A stretch of DNA of 64,000 nt from an uncultured Acidimicrobiales bacterium (GTDB taxonomy: Bacteria > Actinomycetota > Acidimicrobiia > Acidimicrobiales > SZUA-35). Below, in pieces: positions 26,627 to 34,552 of this stretch. A program made the position numbers and the translations under genes. The notes under the pieces are model-generated. The model made no database searches and had not been told where the DNA came from. It saw nothing but the letters and a program-made list of their open reading frames with translations. Position 1 is the first letter of the stretch; every line of letters starts with the position of its first letter. The stretch lies in the NCBI GenBank assembly GCA_963803845.1, contig CAWDNZ010000004.1:962572-1026571 (forward strand), written 5' to 3'.

Positions 26627-27532
26627 ATGGATGAAACCCGCCGCATACTGCTCAATGGCTACCCCACCGAAGTGCGCCGCCATGGCGATGATCTGGTAGC
26701 GGGGGACGGGCGCTCCGTTTCGGTCGACGACGCCGTCCATCTGGCGCCCGTTCAACCCACCAAGATCCTCTGCATCCACCTCAACTACCGGAGCCGGGTG
26801 GAGGAGTTCATGACCAAACTGCCGGCGGCTCCCACCTACTTTCACAAGCCCATCACGGCGCTCACCGGCCATGGGTCCGACGTTGTTCGTCCGGTGGGGT
26901 GTGAGTGGCTGAACTATGAGGGTGAAATCGCCATTGTGATCGGGCGGACGTGCCGCAACGTGGCACCGGGCGACGCCGGTGACTACATCGCCGGCTACAG
27001 CGTTGGCAACGACTACGGCCTGCACGATTTCCGAGACACCGACGCGGGGTCGATGCTGCGGGTGAAAGGAAGCGACACCCTCTGTCCCGTTGGCCCAGGA
27101 CTGGTGACCGACTGGGACTTTCACGACAAAACCATTCGCACCATCGTGAACGGCGAGGTGAAACAGGAGGCGTCCACCGCCGAGATGGAGTGGGACATGC
27201 ACTATCTGGTGGCGGACCTCGCTCGCACCATCACCTTGGTGCCGGGCGACATCATCCTGTCCGGTACACCGGCCAACTCCCGCACGGTCTACCCCGGCGA
27301 TGTTGTTACCGTGGAGGTGGACGGCCTCGGTGCTCTCACCAACACGATCGTCTCGGGTCCAACGCCGATCCGCACCGATGTTGGCGCACAGCCCAGCAAC
27401 TCCGAAGAGGTCATGTCCACCGCCCAAGGCGGCGACTGGGAGTTCAGGGGAATCCGGGCGCCCCGTGGGCCGGGCGCCATGCACTATGAGAGCACCCTCG
27501 ATGAGGCCGAGCCCGGCAAGGATTTGCAGTGA
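26627..27532 (+). CDS. Fumarylacetoacetate hydrolase (FAH) family protein (HpcE/HpaG-like hydratase/isomerase-decarboxylase)
   Basis: KILCIHLNYRS..., NYEGEIAIVIG, GDIILSGTP blocks. Confidence 0.8.
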   Translation: MDETRRILLNGYPTEVRRHGDDLVAGDGRSVSVDDAVHLAPVQPTKILCIHLNYRSRVEEFMTKLPAAPTYFHKPITALTGHGSDVVRPVGCEWLNYEGEIAIVIGRTCRNVAPGDAGDYIAGYSVGNDYGLHDFRDTDAGSMLRVKGSDTLCPVGPGLVTDWDFHDKTIRTIVNGEVKQEASTAEMEWDMHYLVADLARTITLVPGDIILSGTPANSRTVYPGDVVTVEVDGLGALTNTIVSGPTPIRTDVGAQPSNSEEVMSTAQGGDWEFRGIRAPRGPGAMHYESTLDEAEPGKDLQ

Positions 27533-28995
27533 TCACCCGTCGGACTACCTCTGTGGCTGGGGTGACCGTCCCGCTCGATCACTTCATCGGCGGAAGATGG
27601 TTGGGTTCGCCGGAGGCGTTCGAAACTCGTTCACCGCTGAACTGGGAAGCCGGGCCCATCGCTCAGATCGCCCGCGGCGATGCCGCCGCCGCAACCGCCG
27701 CAGTGGATGCCGCTATCAACGGATTCGAGGCCTGGGGTTCCTATTCACCACGGGCTCGGGCCGAAGTGATGTATCGGCTGGCGGATCTCATCGAGGCCCA
27801 CAATGACGAGATCGCAATCGTGGAATCGATCGACATGGGGTTCATGTACGAGTCGATGAAGCAGCGACTGGTCGCCCGCGGTGCCGCCAACTTTCGCGTC
27901 TACGCCGACCTCATCGTGGCCCACGAAGAACGGGCGTGGGATGCCAAGAACATGCACAACGTTGTACAGAGAATGCCGGCCGGCCCCGCCGTTGTCATCA
28001 CCCCGTGGAACGCCCCGTTCATGCTGAGTACGTGGAAGCTGGCTCCGGCATTGGCTTCCGGTAATAGCGTGATCCACAAACCAGCCGAGTGGTCACCCCT
28101 CACCGCAGCGCTCCTGGCCGATCTCACCAACGAGGCCGGCTTCCCGCCGGGCGCCTACAACATGGTGCAGGGCATCGGCTCCGAAGTTGGTCCATCCCTC
28201 ACCGGTAACCCCGGTGTACGCAGAATCACTTTCACAGGCTCCCCGGCCACGGCCCGCACGATCGGCCACGCCGCTGCTGAAAACATCGTTCCCTTCACCG
28301 CCGAGCTCGGTGGGAAAGGCCCCATGATCGTTTTCGCCGATGCCGACCTGGATGCGGCCGCACACCGAGCTGCGTGGCAGTTCGATGATTCGGGGCAAGT
28401 CTGTCTGGCCGGGACACGGCTCCTGGTGGAGGAGTCCATCCGTGAACCGTTCATGGAACGCTTCAATTCGATTGTCGATGGCCTGGTCCTGGGCGACAGT
28501 CGGGAGGACAGCACCGATATCGCGCCGATGGTGCACCCAGATCATCGGGCCAACGTCCATGGCTTCGTTGAACGGGCCCGGGCCGCCGGGGACACCATTC
28601 TGCGAGGCGGTCAGCCGCTGCCAGACAGCCTGCATTACCAACCCACCCTGATCGAACCGGCCTCAAACGCTAGTGAAGTAGTGCAAAAAGAGATCTTCGG
28701 CCCGGTCCTCACGTTTCAAACCTTCGCCGATGAGGCTGAGGCGATTTCGCTGGCCAACAGCACTGCTTACGGCCTCTCCGCGATGGTGTGGACCACGTCA
28801 AAGGAACGGGCGGAGCGGGTTGGTCGCTCGCTGCGAACCGGTCTGGTGTGGGTGAACACATTCCTGGTCCGAGACCTCACCGCTCCCTTCGGCGGCTGTG
28901 GAATCAGTGGCATCGGCCGCGAAGGCGGAGACTACGCACTGGACTTCCACAGCGACATCAAGACGCTGATGATTCTGGACGACTCGGTGAGCTGA
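27529..28995 (+). CDS. Aldehyde dehydrogenase (hydroxymuconic-semialdehyde dehydrogenase-like)
   Basis: ELGGKGP, GQVCLAGTR catalytic Cys, EIFGPV. ATGA-type overlap with the FAH gene. Confidence 0.85.
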   Translation: MITRRTTSVAGVTVPLDHFIGGRWLGSPEAFETRSPLNWEAGPIAQIARGDAAAATAAVDAAINGFEAWGSYSPRARAEVMYRLADLIEAHNDEIAIVESIDMGFMYESMKQRLVARGAANFRVYADLIVAHEERAWDAKNMHNVVQRMPAGPAVVITPWNAPFMLSTWKLAPALASGNSVIHKPAEWSPLTAALLADLTNEAGFPPGAYNMVQGIGSEVGPSLTGNPGVRRITFTGSPATARTIGHAAAENIVPFTAELGGKGPMIVFADADLDAAAHRAAWQFDDSGQVCLAGTRLLVEESIREPFMERFNSIVDGLVLGDSREDSTDIAPMVHPDHRANVHGFVERARAAGDTILRGGQPLPDSLHYQPTLIEPASNASEVVQKEIFGPVLTFQTFADEAEAISLANSTAYGLSAMVWTTSKERAERVGRSLRTGLVWVNTFLVRDLTAPFGGCGISGIGREGGDYALDFHSDIKTLMILDDSVS

Positions 28996-29098
28996 CCAGC
29001 ACTCGTCACTTCGCTTGAGGGTTCACCTCCCAGATCCGTACCACCTAATCTCGCTACATCTTGGGTACGGGGCGGCGGTCCAGCTACGATCAAGCGCT

Positions 29099-29464
29099 GT
29101 GTCAGAGTTCTTACGCCAGTACCTTCTGGTTGCCGTTTTCGGGGGCCTCGCTTTCGGGCTCGTCGCCGTCCTTATCGGGGCTGCGTCGTTGTTCCGTCCT
29201 AGCCGCCCCAGCACCGGCAAGGTGGAGAACTATGAGTCCGGCGTAGATCCGGTGGGATCCAGTTGGAGTCAGTCCCAGATCCGCTACTACATCTTTGCCC
29301 TGCTCTTTGTGATGTTCGATGTTGAAGCCGTTTTCATCTTTCCGTGGGCGGCCCGACTCGAAGCCTTCGGCTTCTTTGGTCTTGTGGAAATGACCATCTT
29401 CATTTTCATTCTTGCTCTCGGCCTGGCCTACGCCTGGCGAAAAGGAGTACTCAAATGGGTATGA
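29099..29464 (+). CDS. nuoA: NADH-quinone oxidoreductase subunit A
   Basis: YESGVDPVG...IRYYIFALLFVMFDVEAVFIFPWA. GTG at 29099 gives the usual ~121 aa. Confidence 0.9.
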   Translation: MSEFLRQYLLVAVFGGLAFGLVAVLIGAASLFRPSRPSTGKVENYESGVDPVGSSWSQSQIRYYIFALLFVMFDVEAVFIFPWAARLEAFGFFGLVEMTIFIFILALGLAYAWRKGVLKWV

Positions 29465-29675
29465 GCGTGGAATCAGTCTCCTCTCCACACGGGATCGCAG
29501 CTTTGCCTGACAGCTCGCAACGACGCGAAAGCGTGGGGCAGTTCGAGCCGAACCGGTTGACCCAGTTAGTGGAGCGCCGGGTAGGCGAGGCCTCCGTGGC
29601 CGGCGGAACGGCCCCCGGAGGGAGTAATGCTCCCTGTCGGGTCACACGCCGGCGAGTGGAAACAGGAGTACTCAG
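29455..29675 (+). repeat. 221-bp insertion between nuoA and nuoB that duplicates the nuoA-stop/nuoB-start junction and holds a reverse copy of the downstream array motif
   Basis: AGGAGTACTCAAATGGGT at 29443-29460 versus AGGAGTACTCAGATGGGT at 29664-29681. AACGGCCCCCGGAGGGA at 29607-29623 is the reverse complement of 40130-40146. Confidence 0.85.
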
Positions 29676-29685
29676 ATGGGTCTAG
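29455..29685 (+). CDS. Possible 76-aa relay ORF inside the insertion (starts like NuoB, ends like NuoA)
   Basis: MGMSVES...GVLRWV*. Its ATG lies 7 nt before the nuoA stop, and its own stop lies 7 nt after the nuoB ATG. No recognisable domain. Confidence 0.3.
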   Translation: MGMSVESVSSPHGIAALPDSSQRRESVGQFEPNRLTQLVERRVGEASVAGGTAPGGSNAPCRVTRRRVETGVLRWV

Positions 29686-30179
29686 TGGAGTCAGGAAAGA
29701 TCCCCAAGCCGCTCACCACGTTGCTGAACATGAGCCGAAAGTACTCGCTGTGGGTGTACCAGTGGGGCCTCGCTTGCTGCGCCATCGAGATGGGTGCGGC
29801 GTTCGGCTCACCTCGCTATGACGTCATGCGGCTTGGTGTCATTCCGTTGCCTGCCAGCCCCCGTCAAGCCGATTTTGTGTGCGTCTCGGGCACCGTCACC
29901 GACAAGATGGCCCCCGCCGTCCGTCGGTTGTATGAGCAGATGCCCGAACCCAAGTACGTCATCAGCATGGGGTCCTGTGCAAACTGTGGCGGTCCCTACT
30001 GGGACAGCTACTCCGTCACCAAGGGCGTTGACCAGATCATTCCCGTGGATGTCTACGTGCCCGGCTGCCCGCCCCGTCCGGAGGCGTTGCTCGAAGGAAT
30101 CGTCCTTCTTCAAGAGATGATTCAGAACGAGGACATGGTCGAGAAGTGGAAAGGTGATCCCCTTGCCATCGTCCACTGA
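29676..30179 (+). CDS. nuoB: NADH-quinone oxidoreductase subunit B
   Basis: [29 protein letters not shown] (N2 cluster ligands). Confidence 0.95.
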   Translation: MGLVESGKIPKPLTTLLNMSRKYSLWVYQWGLACCAIEMGAAFGSPRYDVMRLGVIPLPASPRQADFVCVSGTVTDKMAPAVRRLYEQMPEPKYVISMGSCANCGGPYWDSYSVTKGVDQIIPVDVYVPGCPPRPEALLEGIVLLQEMIQNEDMVEKWKGDPLAIVH

Positions 30180-30888
30180 CACCGAGACCGCCGACGCACC
30201 TGATGCAGTAGACGAGGGCCGCTCAGCGCTGCTCGAAGCCATGCAGTCCGAACTTGGCGATGCGCTGGTGGAATCGCATCTCAACCACGGCGTCGATCTC
30301 ACCGTCCGCATCGCAAATGCAGCGTGGACAGACACCGCCAGCTACCTCCGCGACCGTCAGCGTTTTCGGTACTTCGGGTTCTTGAGCGCCATCGACTGGT
30401 TGCCTTCCCCCTTTGGCAGGTCCATGGACGCAGTGGTGGACACCCAGCAGGGATCGAGCGACTCCGACGAAGATGAAGCAGAAGAGATGGTGTCTGGTTT
30501 GGCTGGCGGTGATACGCGGTTTCAGATTCTGGCCCGGGTCTCCAGCCTCACCACCAACCTCGGCGTCACTTTGAAGTGTGACGTTGCGGATGAGAGCCCC
30601 ACTGTGGGGTCCTGGGTCGCCACTTATCCCGGCGCCGAATGGCACGAGCGGGAGACGTGGGAGATGTTCGGAATAACCTTCACCGGTCACCCCGGGCTGC
30701 GTCCGCTCTACCTTCCCGGCGACTTCGAGGGCAATCCGCTTCGCAAAGACTTTCCCCTTTTGGCTCGCATCATCAAGCCGTGGCCCGGGATCGTAGATGT
30801 TGAGCCGATGCCGGATGTCGAAACCGACGAGGTGGCGACCGCCCCGGCTGCGATTGACGATGAGTCAAGCGAGGTGACTCAGCCATGA
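30154..30888 (+). CDS. nuoC: NADH-quinone oxidoreductase subunit C
   Basis: [24 protein letters not shown]...PLRKDFPL. Contains an acidic insert ([11 protein letters not shown]). Confidence 0.9.
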   Translation: MIPLPSSTDTETADAPDAVDEGRSALLEAMQSELGDALVESHLNHGVDLTVRIANAAWTDTASYLRDRQRFRYFGFLSAIDWLPSPFGRSMDAVVDTQQGSSDSDEDEAEEMVSGLAGGDTRFQILARVSSLTTNLGVTLKCDVADESPTVGSWVATYPGAEWHERETWEMFGITFTGHPGLRPLYLPGDFEGNPLRKDFPLLARIIKPWPGIVDVEPMPDVETDEVATAPAAIDDESSEVTQP

Positions 30889-32057
30889 CCGCCATAAGCG
30901 ACCGTCGCCAACTGGCCTACGTGGCCTCCCAGGCCGCCGAAGCCCGGGTGAATCTCGAACTCGAGACCGAGGGTATGACCCTCAATATCGGCCCCCAGCA
31001 CCCCGCCACCCATGGCACGCTCCGGATCGTGGCTCAACTCGATGGCGAGCAGGTGATCCAGGCCGAGCCGATCATGGGCTACATGCACCGGGGTTATGAG
31101 AAGCTCACCGAGGTCCGCACCTACCCCCAGGTCACCACGCTGGTCAACCGCATCGACTGGCTGGGCAGTTTCGCCAACGAGGTTCCGTTCATCCTGGCGT
31201 GCGAGCAACTCATGGATATCGAGGCGCCGCCGCGCGCCCAGCACATCCGAACCATTCTCCACGAGATGGCCCGCATGGCTCACGTCACCCTTTTCCTGGG
31301 CGACCTTGGAGTTCAGCTGGGGGCGATCACCCCGGTGTTCTACGCCTTCCGCGACCGTGAGCATGTTCTCAATCAGATCGAGTCCGCGACCGGCGGCCGC
31401 TTCCACCCCAACTTCGACCGCATCGGCGGTGTGAAGGACGACCTCCCGGCCGGTTGGATCGCCGAATCCAAGCAGGCCGTCCGCAAGATCCGAGATTTCT
31501 GCAACACGATCGAAGACCTGCTCTTTGGCAATGAGATCTTCCAGGCCCGTACCCGTGGCATCGGCGTGATCCCGGCCGACATCGGACTCAGCTATGGCCT
31601 AAGCGGAGCCAACATCCGTGCCTCTGGCGTGGATTGGGACCTGCGGCGAGACAACCCCAACGGACTGGCGTACGACAAGGTCGATTGGAAGGTCTGGACC
31701 CACCCCGACGGCGATGCTTTCGCCCGCTCGTGGGTTCGCCTGCAAGAAACTCGTGAGGCTTGCAGCATCGTGGAACAACTACTGGACACGATCCCCAAGG
31801 GGCCGATCATGGCCAAGGTGCCGCGCATCATCAAGGTGCCGGCGGGTGAGGCGTATGTTTCTACCGAGAATCCTCTTGGCGAGATGGGCTACTACGTAGT
31901 GTCCAAGGGTGGTCTCACCCCGTTCCGGGTGAAGATTCGGACAGCCAGCTTCAACAACATGTCCATTACGCCTTGGGTGCTCAAGGGGACCTATGTGCCG
32001 GATGTGATCACTATCCTCGCCAGCCTGTATTTCATTCTGGGAGACATCGACCGTTGA
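30885..32057 (+). CDS. nuoD: NADH-quinone oxidoreductase subunit D
   Basis: LNIGPQHPATHGTLRIV, GYMHRGYEKL, C-terminal LASLYFILGDIDR. Confidence 0.95.
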   Translation: MTAISDRRQLAYVASQAAEARVNLELETEGMTLNIGPQHPATHGTLRIVAQLDGEQVIQAEPIMGYMHRGYEKLTEVRTYPQVTTLVNRIDWLGSFANEVPFILACEQLMDIEAPPRAQHIRTILHEMARMAHVTLFLGDLGVQLGAITPVFYAFRDREHVLNQIESATGGRFHPNFDRIGGVKDDLPAGWIAESKQAVRKIRDFCNTIEDLLFGNEIFQARTRGIGVIPADIGLSYGLSGANIRASGVDWDLRRDNPNGLAYDKVDWKVWTHPDGDAFARSWVRLQETREACSIVEQLLDTIPKGPIMAKVPRIIKVPAGEAYVSTENPLGEMGYYVVSKGGLTPFRVKIRTASFNNMSITPWVLKGTYVPDVITILASLYFILGDIDR

Positions 32058-32077
32058 GCCCCTCGCTCGTTGACCAA

Positions 32078-33169
32078 ATGCTGAGCACCCCGCTGCTCGC
32101 CATTGAACTCGGTTGGGTGGAGTGGCTGGCAAAGGTGCTCGGCGTTTTGGCTGTGGTGATCCTGCCTGCCGGTGGAACGGTGTACCTCTATCTGTTCAAG
32201 ATGGTGTCGTTCATGCAGTCCCGTCTGGGGCCCATGGAAGCCGGGCCCTACGGATCAATGCAGCTTCTGGCCGAAGTGGGCAAGAACCTCCAGAAGGAAG
32301 ACATCTTCCCCGCCAAAGCCGATCGCACCGTCTTCGCATTTGCGCCCTATGTCGTGCTGGCCAGCACCTTTCTACTGGCCGTCGTCATCCCCTTTGGTCC
32401 CGAAGCGGGCTTTGCGTCACTGGACACCGGGAGCTTCGATGCCACTCAGTTCGACGGTGTAGGGGTCTTCTTCGCCCTCGCGGTCAGCTCCATCAGCGTC
32501 ATCGGCATCCTGATGGCGGGCTGGGGGAGTGCCTCCAAGTACTCATTGATGGGTGGTCTCCGAGCCGCTGGTCAGCTGATTGCGTACGAACTCCCGCTCG
32601 TCCTGGCAGTTGTTGGCGTGGTCATCCAGGCTGGAACCCTCAGCCTGCAAGGAATCGTCTACTCCCAGATCAACGGCGAGATTTTCGGATTCGGTGGTCT
32701 TGGCCTGCCGTACATCCTCACCCAGTTCGTAGGGTTCTTCATCTTCATGATCGCTGTGCAAGCAGAGCTCACCCAGACCCCGTTTGACATGCCGATCGCT
32801 GAATCCGAGCTCGTCACCGGCTACCTCACCGAGTACACCGGCTTCCGCTTCCTTGTTTTCTTCATCGCCGAGTTCGCAACGGCGGCGGTGTTTGCCTTCC
32901 TCGCCTCGGTGTTGTTCCTCGGTGGCTGGGCCATCCCGCCGTTCGTAATGGACATCTTCGGCATCGACGAGTTCAGCAACTGGTTCAACGTGATCGGCCC
33001 GGCCGTGATGGCCACCAAGATGTTGCTCCTCACCTTCGTCATCTACTGGGTTCGCTTCACCTTCCCCCGTTTCCGTGAGGACCAGTTGCAGCGGTTCGCC
33101 TGGAAGATTCTTATTCCTCTCTCCCTCGTCAACATCTTCGTGACGGGCCTCCTGAAAGTGGCGTTCTAA
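32078..33169 (+). CDS. nuoH: NADH-quinone oxidoreductase subunit H
   Basis: [42 protein letters not shown]. Alternative TTG start at 32054 overlaps the nuoD stop. Confidence 0.9.
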   Translation: MLSTPLLAIELGWVEWLAKVLGVLAVVILPAGGTVYLYLFKMVSFMQSRLGPMEAGPYGSMQLLAEVGKNLQKEDIFPAKADRTVFAFAPYVVLASTFLLAVVIPFGPEAGFASLDTGSFDATQFDGVGVFFALAVSSISVIGILMAGWGSASKYSLMGGLRAAGQLIAYELPLVLAVVGVVIQAGTLSLQGIVYSQINGEIFGFGGLGLPYILTQFVGFFIFMIAVQAELTQTPFDMPIAESELVTGYLTEYTGFRFLVFFIAEFATAAVFAFLASVLFLGGWAIPPFVMDIFGIDEFSNWFNVIGPAVMATKMLLLTFVIYWVRFTFPRFREDQLQRFAWKILIPLSLVNIFVTGLLKVAF

Positions 33170-34227
33170 TGGGCCTTGTTCCTGGGTTGGTTACGGGTTT
33201 GGGGATCACCTTCAAGGAGATCATCAAGACGGTGGTGAAGGGTGCGGAGACCGTTCAGTACCCGCACGAGAAAGAAGAGCCAGCACCCCGCGCCCGTGGT
33301 GTGATCGCCCTGCACGAAGACAACTGCACGTCCTGCATGTTGTGCGCTCGTGAGTGCCCGGACTGGTGTATCTATATCGAGGGCCACAAGGAACTGGCTC
33401 CACCCCGGCGGGCTGGCGGCAAGCCCCGGTCGGTAAACAAACTCGACCGGTTCGACATCGACTATTCGCTGTGCATGTACTGCGGGATCTGTGTTGAGGT
33501 TTGCCCGTTCGAAGCCTTGTTCTGGTCGCCCGAGTATGAGTACTCCGAGTTCAAGATCGCCGACCTTTTGCACGACAAAGCCAAGCTCGGCAAGTGGATG
33601 ACCACCGTGCCCGAGTTCGAAGCCTACGAAGCAGGGGCCGAGGTCAAGGCCAAAAAGTCCCTGCTCTGGAAACGAAGTAGTCGATCGATGGCGAAGTTTT
33701 TCCTCCTCGGTCAGCAAACCGGCAACAGCTGGGATCTCCCTGCCAACATCGCGTTTTATGTGATCGCCGTCATCGCCATCGGATCTGCACTGCGCATGGT
33801 GACCACCAACAACGTGGTGCATTCGGCGCTCTACTTGCTGCTCGTGTTGGCATCGGTGGCGGCCGTCTACATCTTGCTGGGAGCCGAGTTCGTGGCCGCA
33901 ACCCAGGTGTTGGTGTACATCGGAGCCATCCTGGTGCTGCTGCTGTTCGGCGTGATGCTTACCCGGGCCCGTATCGGGATCGACGATGACCTCAACTACG
34001 AACAGCGATGGATAGGCCTCGGTGTCTCCAGTCTCCTGTTCGTTGTGATCGCCTACTCGCTGTGGGACTTCTACGGGTCCGACACCCGGCTCGTGGGGTA
34101 TGAACCCCAACGGACCGGCGAAGTTGCCGACTCCATCTTCAGCACCTACATCGTTCCTTTCGAAGCCATATCCGTCTTGCTGCTCGCAGCCCTCATCGGG
34201 GCCGTGGTCGTGGCCCGCCGGGACTAG
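33169..34227 (+). CDS. nuoI-nuoJ: NuoI (2x[4Fe-4S]) and NuoJ encoded in one uninterrupted 352-codon ORF
   Basis: The N-terminal half has [12 protein letters not shown] and [12 protein letters not shown]. The C-terminal half (from MAKFF, ATG 33688) has NuoJ blocks [11 protein letters not shown]...[16 protein letters not shown]...[15 protein letters not shown]. No stop codon lies between them. Confidence 0.8.
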   Translation: MGLVPGLVTGLGITFKEIIKTVVKGAETVQYPHEKEEPAPRARGVIALHEDNCTSCMLCARECPDWCIYIEGHKELAPPRRAGGKPRSVNKLDRFDIDYSLCMYCGICVEVCPFEALFWSPEYEYSEFKIADLLHDKAKLGKWMTTVPEFEAYEAGAEVKAKKSLLWKRSSRSMAKFFLLGQQTGNSWDLPANIAFYVIAVIAIGSALRMVTTNNVVHSALYLLLVLASVAAVYILLGAEFVAATQVLVYIGAILVLLLFGVMLTRARIGIDDDLNYEQRWIGLGVSSLLFVVIAYSLWDFYGSDTRLVGYEPQRTGEVADSIFSTYIVPFEAISVLLLAALIGAVVVARRD

Positions 34228-34236
34228 GAGACCACC

Positions 34237-34551
34237 GTGTTACTGAACCAGTACCTGCTCTTGGCTGCCGCTCTGTTCTGTATCGGTGTGTACGGCGTGT
34301 TGACCCGCAAGAACGGTGTGATGGTCCTCATGAGCATCGAGCTGATTCTCAACGCAGTCAACATCAACATGGTGGCCTTTGGTGTTCACAACGCTGAAGC
34401 CGGCGCAGCCAGTGTGGGCGGGGCCGTATTCGCTCTGTTCATCATCGCGGTCGCCGCAGCCGAAGTTGGCGTCGGCCTGGCCATCGTCCTTCTCATCTAT
34501 CGCAATCGCCGCAGCATCAACGTTGCCGACGCAAGCCTGATGAAGGGCTGA
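34237..34551 (+). CDS. nuoK: NADH-quinone oxidoreductase subunit K
   Basis: LMSIELILNAVNINMVAF...AAAEVGVGLAI; GTG start. Confidence 0.95.
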   Translation: MLLNQYLLLAAALFCIGVYGVLTRKNGVMVLMSIELILNAVNINMVAFGVHNAEAGAASVGGAVFALFIIAVAAAEVGVGLAIVLLIYRNRRSINVADASLMKG

Positions 34552-34552
34552 T

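Noticed and set aside
29015-29098. TTG start at 29015 for nuoA, and an inverted repeat CCGTACC...GGTACGG (29036-29070) as a possible regulatory hairpin
   Set aside because: The 28 extra codons have no NuoA counterpart, and GTG 29099 gives the usual size. The hairpin has a 21-nt loop and no U-tract, and I could not pair it with convincing -35/-10 elements, so it is not called.
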